DNA of 39,261 nt from an uncultured Candidatus Saccharibacteria bacterium (lineage in GTDB: Bacteria > Patescibacteriota > Minisyncoccia > Phycocordibacterales > UBA918): the NCBI GenBank assembly GCA_964655825.1, contig CAZZPW010000002.1:6813-46073 (forward strand), written 5' to 3'. This document shows, piece after piece, positions 24,492 through 33,042 of this stretch; position 1 is the stretch's first letter, and each line of letters starts with the position of its first letter. The translations under genes were made by a program, and so were the position numbers. The notes beneath the pieces are model-generated. The model made no database searches, was not told the origin of the DNA, and saw only the letters and a program-made list of their open reading frames with translations.

Positions 24492-25742
24492 TTAGCCCAC
24501 CACAAGCAGTCCCGGAGCGGCGACGAGCAGGAGGCCGAGCAGCAACATTAGCAAACCACCGATCAGGAGTGACAGCTGCGCGTATTTTTGGCCGTGGGCG
24601 TGCAGTTTACCAAAGCCCCAAATAGCTAACCCGTAAACGACCACATCGTCAAACATATAGCCCAAGGTAAAGAGCATAATATACCACTGTCGCTCGATAA
24701 AAGTCAGGGCGTTTAATTCGAGAATTTTGGTGTACGCCTGTGGAATACCCACTGAACACGCAAACTCAATAATGTTCACCGAGAAGGCAATCGCCAAAAT
24801 TGCAAACACCGAGGCAATGGTAATAGGCTGACTAGCTACAGCCTTAAAGCGATTCACCGTCTTGGCCTGGGTTTCAATATCGCTAATATCACAGACGAGT
24901 GCAGCATCGCGGTTCTTCCACCAACGATACAAGAAAAAGGCGCCACCCCCAAGAGCAATTAAGCCAACCAGCGGAGTCACAATCTCATCTAAGGCAATAA
25001 AATCCCACGTCTGATACCAGACATTTAGGATCAGGTTATACATGATTCCCTGCGCCAAGATAAACAAGCCAGCCAAAAAGACCATTTTGCGGCGACTTCC
25101 TGCCTGCGAAAGAAAGACGAGGAAGGTAACTAGCACCCACATGGCACACGGGTTAAAGCCATCAATTACTCCCAACACCACAGATAACGTGGTAAGCGAA
25201 AACGTTTGTAAATCGACGAGTCCCAGAAACGGTAGGTTAAAAACGTACTGCTGCCCTTCTCCAGCATCACACGCAGTACCTGAGCAACCACCACCCAGAA
25301 TGACATCTTGTTCTGGTGCCCGTGCGAGGTGGTCGTCGATGGTACGTATAGTGCCACTAGCTGCCTGCGTTATAGCTGTCTTAATACTCGCACCAGTCGT
25401 TTCCGGACCGTTAAAACCAGCGATTACGTACTCACCGACTACCGTAACAGGGGTGACTTTAGGGACGGTATGCTTTGCTGTCACCGCATCGTACAGCTCA
25501 CGCGCGCCGTCGTTAGTCACGATATTAAGATACTCGTAGGTAATGCCTTCGGCTTCCATCCAAGCGAATTGTTGCGTACAGAAGCCACAGTCATCCCGCC
25601 CAAACATATATACCACCGGCTGCTGGACAGCCGTATCTACAGCATCAGTCATTTGGGCGGCTACGCTACCGTCGCCAAATTGCCAACCAAACGTCAATAC
25701 ACCGATACATACCCACAAGCTCCAAGCAAACATCCTAAACAT
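24492..25742 (-). CDS. fusion of a secreted glutaredoxin/thioredoxin-like domain (CGFC) with a CcdA/DsbD-like multi-TM thiol-transfer domain
   Basis: Signal or anchor sequence; VVYMFGRDDCGFCTQQ glutaredoxin-like site; CSGTAC pair; TM domain with GFNPCAMWVL and IEFACSVG cysteines, as in DsbD/CcdA-type membrane domains. Confidence 0.6.
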   Translation of the reverse strand: MFRMFAWSLWVCIGVLTFGWQFGDGSVAAQMTDAVDTAVQQPVVYMFGRDDCGFCTQQFAWMEAEGITYEYLNIVTNDGARELYDAVTAKHTVPKVTPVTVVGEYVIAGFNGPETTGASIKTAITQAASGTIRTIDDHLARAPEQDVILGGGCSGTACDAGEGQQYVFNLPFLGLVDLQTFSLTTLSVVLGVIDGFNPCAMWVLVTFLVFLSQAGSRRKMVFLAGLFILAQGIMYNLILNVWYQTWDFIALDEIVTPLVGLIALGGGAFFLYRWWKNRDAALVCDISDIETQAKTVNRFKAVASQPITIASVFAILAIAFSVNIIEFACSVGIPQAYTKILELNALTFIERQWYIMLFTLGYMFDDVVVYGLAIWGFGKLHAHGQKYAQLSLLIGGLLMLLLGLLLVAAPGLLVVG

Positions 25743-25787
25743 AGAAAAACGTGATTTCGGTACTATACCGTATATGTCGCTACCAGA

Positions 25788-26990
25788 CTATGTAGCCGCA
25801 GCCGTAATATCGAGCAGACGCTGGTACTTAGCCAGTCGCTCTTTAGCAGTTGGTGCACCGGCCTTAAGTCCAAACGCTTTTGTACCATACGCTAAATCGG
25901 CAATAAAATCATCCATCGTCTCGCCACTGCGGTGTGAGACAATACAGCGGACGTTGTGTTGGTAGGCTAGTCGCATCGTTGCTAGCGTATCGGAGACAGT
26001 GCCAATTTGATTCGGTTTGATAATAATACCCGATACTGCCTGCACATCGATTGCCGCCTGCAGAGAGTCATGGTTGGTAGTCGTGAGATCGTCACCAATC
26101 ACGGTTGCGTCTGGGTTGGCTGCCAAAAAACTACTAAAACCTGACATATCAGACTCACCAGCTGGATCTTCGAGGTACGTCAAACGCGGAAACTCAGCCC
26201 GCAGTGCCGTCAACAGCGATACCAATTCTTCGCTACTGAGCGATTGCTCAGTAAGGGTATAGCCCCGAGCGTCACCAAATGAGCTGGCTGCTACATCGGT
26301 GCCAATTGCTACCGCACAACTTGGCTCAGCAGCTACTATAGCCTCGTTAATATAGGCAAAGGGTGCAGCAGTAGTGTCGGTAGGTACCATAAAGCCACCC
26401 TCGTCTCCAATCCCTATCTCGGCTTCAGAGAAGTCGTTGGTCAAAATATCCCCTAGTTCTCGCTGCACTGCACTCGCCACCCGGAAGGCTTCGTGCACAT
26501 TGTCGGTCTCAGGAATAATCTGATGCTCTTGAATCTGACTGCCCCGGTCGGCGTGCGCGCCGCCGTTGATGAGGTTTACAAACAACCGTGGAGCTTTGGC
26601 TTGGGCTGGCTCAGTGAATAATTGCGCGATGTATTGCCATACTTCCACACCACGTACCGCAGCGGCTGCTTTGAGAGCTGCGACACTCACTCCCAGCGCA
26701 GTGTTTCCGCCAATCGTAGCAAAATTTTCACTCGTATCGAGGTCATGTAACGCGGCATCGATCCCTGCCTGATCAGTCACATCCCGGCCCACCAATGTGG
26801 GCGCGACAACAGTCTCAAGCTGCGCGGCGGCTGCGTCTGCTGGTAACGCACGCACCTCGCGCTCGCCGGTACTGGCGCCACTCGGTACGCTAAAGGTGCC
26901 GGTATGTTCGCCAACCATGACGGTCACCGAAATGGTGGGTTTTCCGCGTGAATCAGTAACAATATCAGCCGTGATGTGTTCAATATTCAT
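25788..26990 (-). CDS. eno: enolase (phosphopyruvate hydratase), short divergent form
   Basis: DSRGKPTISVTV, VPSGASTGERE, IGDDLTTTN, IIKPNQIGTVSDT, VSHRSGETMDDFIADLA. Confidence 0.85.
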   Translation of the reverse strand: MNIEHITADIVTDSRGKPTISVTVMVGEHTGTFSVPSGASTGEREVRALPADAAAAQLETVVAPTLVGRDVTDQAGIDAALHDLDTSENFATIGGNTALGVSVAALKAAAAVRGVEVWQYIAQLFTEPAQAKAPRLFVNLINGGAHADRGSQIQEHQIIPETDNVHEAFRVASAVQRELGDILTNDFSEAEIGIGDEGGFMVPTDTTAAPFAYINEAIVAAEPSCAVAIGTDVAASSFGDARGYTLTEQSLSSEELVSLLTALRAEFPRLTYLEDPAGESDMSGFSSFLAANPDATVIGDDLTTTNHDSLQAAIDVQAVSGIIIKPNQIGTVSDTLATMRLAYQHNVRCIVSHRSGETMDDFIADLAYGTKAFGLKAGAPTAKERLAKYQRLLDITAAAT

Positions 26991-26992
26991 AC

Positions 26993-28003
26993 TTAGACGG
27001 TAACAACGTGCTGAGGTGATCCTGCACCAAAAGCACGAAGGTTATCAATAGTAATTTCGGTAATCTCTCTTTTAGCTTCTTTTGTATTAAAGGCAATGTG
27101 TGGGGTCACAATCACATTCGGCATATCAATCAACGAATGGTCGGCGACAAGCGTTGCCCACAATTCCGGGTCGACCGTACCGTGCGTCAGTAGATCGACT
27201 TCCTCGCGGAGCGCATGCTCCCCTTCTAAAACATCGAGTCCGGCACCAGCAAGGTGACCAGACTCTAACGCCGCCACGAGCGCGCGAGTGTCCACGACTT
27301 CACCTCGGGCGGTGTTAATCAGGTACGCGCCGGGCTTCATTTCGGCTAGGCGCTCAGCGTTGATAAGGTGATGAGTTGCCGGCATCGACGGTACGTGTAA
27401 CGTCACAATATCGCTCGCTGCCAACAGACTCTCAATCGAGTCATAGGTTATTCCGGTAGCGCTCGCAAAGGCCTGGTCAGCTGCTACATCATAGGCGATT
27501 ACATGCATGCCTATACCACGAGCGATTTGACAAACACTGCGACCGATCGCTCCGGTTCCAATTACACCTAAGGTTTTTCCTGCCAGGTCAAAGCCCTCGT
27601 ACTGCTCGAGATTAGCGAGCGTCGTGCGTTGCAGCATATCGGTGTAGGCGCGAAACGCGTTGCGCGAGAGCGCAAACATGAGCGCGATAGCAAACTCCGC
27701 CACCGTTCGGGTACCATAGTGCGGTACGCGAGAGATGGTAATACCCCGCTCAGCTGCTGCCGCCACATCAATGTGGTCGTAGCCAGCTGAACGTGTAGCA
27801 ATACACTGGAGATTCGGCAACCAACGCAGGGTTTCAGCTCGTAATTCGTAATCGACGAATACTGAAATAACATCGAATTGGGCTCGATCTGATTCTGGTA
27901 TAGCTTCGATGCCATCAGCAAAGGTTACGGTGCAATCGGCTGATAGCAGCTCACGGACGATGACGTCTTCGCCGGTGTACGGGCGGATATAAAGTAACTT
28001 CAT
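26993..28003 (-). CDS. D-isomer-specific 2-hydroxyacid dehydrogenase (D-lactate dehydrogenase-like)
   Basis: NAD site GKTLGVIGTGAIGRSV. Catalytic Arg/Glu/His contexts NTARGEVVD, LDVLEGE and VIVTPHIAF. Confidence 0.85.
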   Translation of the reverse strand: MKLLYIRPYTGEDVIVRELLSADCTVTFADGIEAIPESDRAQFDVISVFVDYELRAETLRWLPNLQCIATRSAGYDHIDVAAAAERGITISRVPHYGTRTVAEFAIALMFALSRNAFRAYTDMLQRTTLANLEQYEGFDLAGKTLGVIGTGAIGRSVCQIARGIGMHVIAYDVAADQAFASATGITYDSIESLLAASDIVTLHVPSMPATHHLINAERLAEMKPGAYLINTARGEVVDTRALVAALESGHLAGAGLDVLEGEHALREEVDLLTHGTVDPELWATLVADHSLIDMPNVIVTPHIAFNTKEAKREITEITIDNLRAFGAGSPQHVVTV

Positions 28004-28054
28004 ACCGGTATGGTAGCACCTATACGTGTGTCGTGCCGAGTAGCTACCAACACC

Positions 28055-28975
28055 TTAGCGCGCCATTAGTGTATCCGTTCCGTAGTAGGTTAACCACGAC
28101 TCAACTCCAGCACGATTACGCTCCCATTCAACCGCGTTAAAGTTCTCGAGCTCGACGGTCACCGCTGGAATACCAATTGAAGCCAGCCACCCTTCGACGT
28201 CGCCCGTAATTGGGTACGCGTCAAAGAGTTCGACAAACCCGTAGTCACCGGCCGTTGCATAAGCGGCACCCAGGGTTGTTGTGAGCGGTAAGACACCACT
28301 ATTACACGCCGAGCCATAGACGTTGTTGGCTTGACTGTGCCAGAACGCAGCGGCTTCTGGTTGTGTTTGCGTCACGTAGTCACGCAAAGCGGCCGCTTCT
28401 GGTTCTGAGAACGGCGCGGTACCCGCACTAACCACCTGCCCCCGCCACGTACTCTCAGACTCCCAATTACAATCAAAGTTACGATTAAGGTCGACCCCAT
28501 TAGCGTTGAATCGCCCGGCAGCAACGCGTGTGCCCGGGTTGGGTACGTCACTGAGAGTAAAGCGACTACTCGTACCAACCACCAGCGCGAGTCCGTCTGG
28601 GTTTAGCGTCGGAATAATATGCAGCGTTACCGTATCGGGTACTCTTTCTGGAGTGGCGGTGTAGTAATCAATCATTTCCCAGGCTAGTACGCTACTGTTC
28701 CATTCGTAGCCACCGTGGATGCCGCCAACCAATAATATGTCTCTCGGACCAGTACCAATTTCGTACACTTCGATTGCTCGCCCTTCGACCGATTGACCAA
28801 TCACCGCTTGCCGCACAACGGATAGTTCTGGCTCAGGTTCTGGCTCCAGGGTTGGTCTGGGAGCCGATTCTGGCGGGGCGCTTAGAAAATTCTGAACCAG
28901 TAACCATACCACCACGCCAATTGCGACAAGGAGTGCGCCAGCAACCCCAATAAGTATTTTAGAGCGTGTAAACAT
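28055..28975 (-). CDS. M14-family zinc carboxypeptidase, membrane anchored
   Basis: GGIHGGYEWN, VDLNRNF, FSEPEAAAL, FWHSQ and TVELEN match the Zn-ligand, substrate-binding and catalytic-Glu positions of M14 peptidases. Confidence 0.75.
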   Translation of the reverse strand: MFTRSKILIGVAGALLVAIGVVVWLLVQNFLSAPPESAPRPTLEPEPEPELSVVRQAVIGQSVEGRAIEVYEIGTGPRDILLVGGIHGGYEWNSSVLAWEMIDYYTATPERVPDTVTLHIIPTLNPDGLALVVGTSSRFTLSDVPNPGTRVAAGRFNANGVDLNRNFDCNWESESTWRGQVVSAGTAPFSEPEAAALRDYVTQTQPEAAAFWHSQANNVYGSACNSGVLPLTTTLGAAYATAGDYGFVELFDAYPITGDVEGWLASIGIPAVTVELENFNAVEWERNRAGVESWLTYYGTDTLMAR

Positions 28976-28981
28976 TGCGGG

Positions 28982-29869
28982 TTATTGGGTGAAGACGTCC
29001 ATGATAGCAGTCAACCCAGCCCGGTTTTGTTCCCACTCGATATCCTCGTAGCCGGAGAGTAAAACACTAATGGCAGGGATATTTTCGCTCGCCATCCAGT
29101 TTACCGCATCTCCGGTAATAAGGTAGAAGTCGAACTCCTCATTAGCGGTGTAATCCGACGCATCGGCGTAGGTATTGGTTAGCTCAAGTGTAGCCGCATT
29201 TACACCATTACGACAGTTAGAGGCGTACACACCACCATCGGCTGCGTAGTAGACAATTGCTGCGTCAGGCTCGACTTCGTTTACGTAGTCGCGCAGAGCA
29301 GCGGCTTCCGGCTCGGAGAATGGTGCGCTACCCCCAGAGACTGCTTCGCTCCGCCACATACCTTCTGCCTGCCACTCACAATCAAAGTTGCGGTTAAGAT
29401 CGACATCGTTGGCATTGAAGCGTCCAGCCGGGCTTTGGCCCGTTGCTAAGCCATCGGGGTTAAGGTTAGGTACCACGTGCAAGGTTACCCCTTGGGGTAC
29501 AAAGTTGGGGTTCTGCCGCGCCTCCAGGACGATTCGGTCGGCTAACGCATTGGTGTTTGGCGAGTACGCGCCATGAATACCACCGACAACCAGGATATCG
29601 GCTTCACCGGTACCAAAGCGGTAGGCCTCGATTGATGAACCATTTACCGATTGACCAATGGTTACTACCGGTACGGGACCAGCCCCATCTCCAATCCCAC
29701 CATCAGGCTCAACCGGAATCTGTGTTTCGTCGTCTGGCGTAGGTACGTCGGTAGTTGGTTCGGTGGTATCAGTTGGCTGCGTCACTTCAGTAGTGCTTGG
29801 CCGCATAAAGAAGTACCAACTGGCTCCCAGGATAATTGCTAAAACAACAACAATGATCAAATTTTTCAT
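28982..29869 (-). CDS. M14-like paralogue, predicted catalytically inactive
   Basis: Collinear with the neighbouring M14 gene (GGIHGAY, VDLNRNFDC, FSEPEAAALRDYV). The Zn-ligand Glu is replaced by Ser (HGAYS), the second His is lost (VYYAADGG), and the catalytic Glu by Leu (SVLLSG). Confidence 0.7.
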   Translation of the reverse strand: MKNLIIVVVLAIILGASWYFFMRPSTTEVTQPTDTTEPTTDVPTPDDETQIPVEPDGGIGDGAGPVPVVTIGQSVNGSSIEAYRFGTGEADILVVGGIHGAYSPNTNALADRIVLEARQNPNFVPQGVTLHVVPNLNPDGLATGQSPAGRFNANDVDLNRNFDCEWQAEGMWRSEAVSGGSAPFSEPEAAALRDYVNEVEPDAAIVYYAADGGVYASNCRNGVNAATLELTNTYADASDYTANEEFDFYLITGDAVNWMASENIPAISVLLSGYEDIEWEQNRAGLTAIMDVFTQ

Positions 29870-29967
29870 AGTTTCAAGATATAACCTAGTTCATTACCTC
29901 GGGTAATTACTTTCTATTGTACGCTATTGCGCCCCAGGAGGCTAATAGCGGTATCGGCAGTCTGACA

Positions 29968-30201
29968 TCACTTTGGGTGCCATTGCTCGTCCTCTCCTTT
30001 TTTGTATTGCTGTTTTACCGCCGACCATGCGACTGCGTGGGCAGTCTCTTCGCGACTACTGTCGTCTTGGCGGTCTGCTGGGTTAGCGTACTGTTCCCAC
30101 GCGCTGTTGTAAGCCTCACGGTAAATATCTTGTGCGTGTGGCACATTACGTAGGACATTTTGTACGTCGTCGGGTAGTTGGTCTCGAGTAGAATATGGCA
30201 T
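29968..30201 (-). CDS. ChaB-family protein
   Basis: 77 aa. LPDDVQNVLRNVPHAQDIYREAYNSAWEQY ... AHAVAWSAVKQQYKK matches the ChaB fold signature. Confidence 0.7.
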   Translation of the reverse strand: MPYSTRDQLPDDVQNVLRNVPHAQDIYREAYNSAWEQYANPADRQDDSSREETAHAVAWSAVKQQYKKGEDEQWHPK

Positions 30202-30204
30202 AAG

Positions 30205-31161
30205 CTACTGCAATGTAACGGTTATTTCTAACGCAGCGTCGTTCTCAGGCAACCCCGATGGATTGGCTTTCTGGAGGATAACTGCGCCACGGTCACTCAC
30301 CCCATCGGTGGGTGCGGTAAAACTGACCTCACCTGAGAATGGCACGAACGACTCAGTCATCCAATTATCTTCAGCTTCGACGAAGCCTTCGCCAATAATT
30401 CGACCGTCCCAATCGGTAATAACTACTGGGGCACTAGCCTCAAAAAACCAGGTACCTCGAGCCTCGCCAGTAATCTGAACCGGTGATGCGATCGCTGCTC
30501 CTTCAGTGGGAGTACTAACTCTAATGACATCAGGAATCGTTGCTCCTGCACTGTCAGCGTTCTCAGTTTCGAGTGCTGTCTGCACACTCAAGGTGTCTAT
30601 GATTTGAGCTATCGTCTGACGGTATCGCTCAGAGGAAGCGCCCGCTACGGTCACGCCCACGTCGAGCAGCTGCTCATCGCCCAAGTCGATAAGGTAATGC
30701 GTAACGCTCGTACCTAACTCGCTCTCGCGCGTGAATTGCGTAGCTGAGAAACCAGCAATACGTGTCGCCGTAGTTGTGGAAATTGATTGCTCAGCCAGGT
30801 AGCTTGGCAGTGTGCCCGTAGCAAACTGCCAGCTAAGGAAGTAGCCGTCAGTGATTTCTGTGGCCGGCTCACTGTTTGGACCAACGTAGGTTACTTCAAA
30901 TATATTGGGTTGCACTTGCGCGACCCGAGCGCTCGGTGGGTGGGCGATAGTAAATTGTACTCCAGTACGAGCCTCATCCTGGTACTGCACCCACGAATCA
31001 GGCACGGAATCAATATTTGCTGGTACGGTACTAGTATCGTCTGTAGTGGTAGTCGCTGCATTTCTATTGGTTGGGACGTTTTGGTTGGTGGTATCGCTGC
31101 TGATAAACCACCACCCGATACCAATCACTACTACCACAATAATAAGCGAAAGATACTTCAT
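30205..31161 (-). CDS. membrane-anchored protein with a C-terminal Gmad2 immunoglobulin-like domain
   Basis: TM anchor. The C-terminal SPVQITGEARGTWFFEASAPVVITDWDGRIIGEGFVEAEDNWMTESFVPFSGEVSF is typical of Gmad2 domains. Confidence 0.6.
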   Translation of the reverse strand: MKYLSLIIVVVVIGIGWWFISSDTTNQNVPTNRNAATTTTDDTSTVPANIDSVPDSWVQYQDEARTGVQFTIAHPPSARVAQVQPNIFEVTYVGPNSEPATEITDGYFLSWQFATGTLPSYLAEQSISTTTATRIAGFSATQFTRESELGTSVTHYLIDLGDEQLLDVGVTVAGASSERYRQTIAQIIDTLSVQTALETENADSAGATIPDVIRVSTPTEGAAIASPVQITGEARGTWFFEASAPVVITDWDGRIIGEGFVEAEDNWMTESFVPFSGEVSFTAPTDGVSDRGAVILQKANPSGLPENDAALEITVTLQ

Positions 31162-31254
31162 ATTCTATGTATCGTATTTGGTTGTTAAGCGACAGCAGAA
31201 TACCATCACGACCTTCATACCTACCCTACCAGACTCACACCGTTTGTAAACCCA

Positions 31255-31908
31255 TCAGACGGAAGCAATGACTTTGTGGTTCCCGAACAAAGATGTCCAG
31301 CTCGTTTCAATCTGCCACCCGGTTTCATTAAGCAGAGCACAAAATTCATCGTAGGTGTATACACAAAGCGGCGCAGCGAGTGAAAATTGCTCCCGCACTG
31401 GAGGCGGGAGGCGGGCAAACCGCTCAAAGAGCGGTGCTTGTAATCGTGGGTGGTGCTGCCCGATATCACTTTCAGCACCCGTAACTGAAATAAATAGCCG
31501 CTGTGTACATTGCCGCAGACTACGGAGCAGTTCGATAGCCTCGAGGTACGACAAGTAGTGCAGCATGCGCTGACACCCCACACTTCCATATAGGGAAGTA
31601 TTTTGTTGGCAAAACGTCAACACATCTGCCAGTCTAAAATCAATTGGAACTGCAGTAGCAGGCATAGATGCATTGCGGGCTGCAATATCGGCATGATAAT
31701 CAGTCGTATCAACCGCCGTTACACGGGCGCCTGCCGTGGCTAACTGCTCCGCCAACGCCCCGCTCCCGCAGCCAAGGTCAAGTACGGTGGGTTGCTGGCC
31801 GCGGGCTACGTCTGCGGTCACCGCTGCGAGGAGCTGCGTATCCAAATCATCCAACCGCTTCGCGGCCACATCAACCCCATAACGATCGCGAGCAGTGGAA
31901 TCATTCAT
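31255..31908 (-). CDS. class I SAM-dependent methyltransferase
   Basis: Motif I VLDLGCGSGALAEQLATAGARVTAVD. The ATG at 31908 (MNDSTARD) lies 4 nt after the upstream stop. The 32175 extension overlaps the SGNH gene and is rejected. Confidence 0.75.
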   Translation of the reverse strand: MNDSTARDRYGVDVAAKRLDDLDTQLLAAVTADVARGQQPTVLDLGCGSGALAEQLATAGARVTAVDTTDYHADIAARNASMPATAVPIDFRLADVLTFCQQNTSLYGSVGCQRMLHYLSYLEAIELLRSLRQCTQRLFISVTGAESDIGQHHPRLQAPLFERFARLPPPVREQFSLAAPLCVYTYDEFCALLNETGWQIETSWTSLFGNHKVIASV

Positions 31909-31912
31909 ACTG

Positions 31913-32641
31913 TTACTCACCCAAGGCGGCCTGAAAAGCTGGTTCGGCTTTCTGGAACCACACCGCGTACCCAGCCTTCGTCGGATGTAACCCATCCCAG
32001 GCCATGTACACCTCTGGCTCTGCCACAAAAGGGTCATCGGCAGGGTCATCATAGAGCGAGACGAACCATACGTCCGCTTCCCCACTCGCGTACGCTCGCA
32101 TACGCACGTCGTACGCCTCGGAAACGGTTCGATACTGCGCAGCCTGTTCACCCGTAAAGCGGGGCGGGCCACCAACGTTACCGGCGGTCATAATGACCAC
32201 CCGTGTGGCGTGCGATTTTACGGCTGTCACAAGCTGCTGCATATCGCTAGCTACCGCATCAGCACTGCGTCCACCAATAATATCGTTGGCGCCCATTTGC
32301 AACACAATGAGGTCGTACTGCCCACTCAACTCCTCAACCGCCGCCTGCGCACCAGCGATACGACGACCGTTTACGCTGTTATTCTCAATGCGGTACGCGG
32401 GGTACGCGTGCCCGAGTCGACCCGCAACAGACTCGGTACTCGCGCGCGTTCCGGTACCATAGCCAGTACTGTCACCAAGTACTAGAATCGTACCGGCGCC
32501 ACTACCCGCTTGCTCATACGGACTGGTGAGGAGTATGAGCCACCCCGTCTTAGCGTACGCACCAGCAGGGGTAAATAGGAGTATTCCTAGTATACCTGCC
32601 ACCACCACTGTAATACCAAACCAAATGTACATACTCCTCAT
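31913..32641 (-). CDS. SGNH/GDSL-family hydrolase, membrane anchored
   Basis: Block I ILVLGDSTGYG, block III QMGANDI, block V WDGLHPT. Confidence 0.75.
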   Translation of the reverse strand: MRSMYIWFGITVVVAGILGILLFTPAGAYAKTGWLILLTSPYEQAGSGAGTILVLGDSTGYGTGTRASTESVAGRLGHAYPAYRIENNSVNGRRIAGAQAAVEELSGQYDLIVLQMGANDIIGGRSADAVASDMQQLVTAVKSHATRVVIMTAGNVGGPPRFTGEQAAQYRTVSEAYDVRMRAYASGEADVWFVSLYDDPADDPFVAEPEVYMAWDGLHPTKAGYAVWFQKAEPAFQAALGE

Positions 32642-32979
32642 TAGGCCAATCGGTCACCGAGCGCCACATTAGTCTTACTAGCGGTAGCTACGATATGCCC
32701 GCCGCCAGCAGTGTTTCTAAACCCCAAGGTGAGTACCTCCGACATAAACGGCCCCACCTGCCTTGGAGGGAAATTAACGACACAGAGCACCAACATCCCC
32801 TCAAGCTCCTCCTTGGTGTGCGCCCTCACCAATTGCGCACTCGACCTTTTAATACCAATCTCTGGCCCGAGGTCGATAGTGAGTTTATACGCCGGTTTCC
32901 ACGCTTCGGGAAAATCCTCCGCCGTTACGACCTTCCCCAGGCGAATATCAACCTTCTCAAAATCTTCTATCGTAATCAT
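32641..32979 (-). CDS. tRNA-binding OB-fold protein (CsaA/YgjH-like)
   Basis: 112 aa. IEDFEKVDIRLGKVVTAEDFPEAWKPAYKLTIDLG ... VVNFPPRQVGPFMSEVL. Its TAA shares one base with the next gene's ATG. Confidence 0.75.
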   Translation of the reverse strand: MITIEDFEKVDIRLGKVVTAEDFPEAWKPAYKLTIDLGPEIGIKRSSAQLVRAHTKEELEGMLVLCVVNFPPRQVGPFMSEVLTLGFRNTAGGGHIVATASKTNVALGDRLA

Positions 32980-33042
32980 TCATGGAGTATAGCAAACCAA
33001 CGTAAAAGTCATGAGAGAAGCAGTTTTATTTCAATCCTGATA

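Noticed and set aside
12305-31257. Possible alternative genetic code with UGA recoded, as occurs in some CPR lineages.
   Set aside because: TGA terminates ORFs at family-typical lengths and at sensible gene junctions, for example the ATGA overlap at 12305..12308 and the methyltransferase stop at 31255..31257. The standard code 11 fits.
31909-32175. 89-codon N-terminal extension of the methyltransferase ORF 31255..32175.
   Set aside because: It overlaps the SGNH hydrolase gene in another frame and is Arg/Cys-rich nonsense. ATG 31908 (MNDSTARD) lies 4 nt after the SGNH stop.
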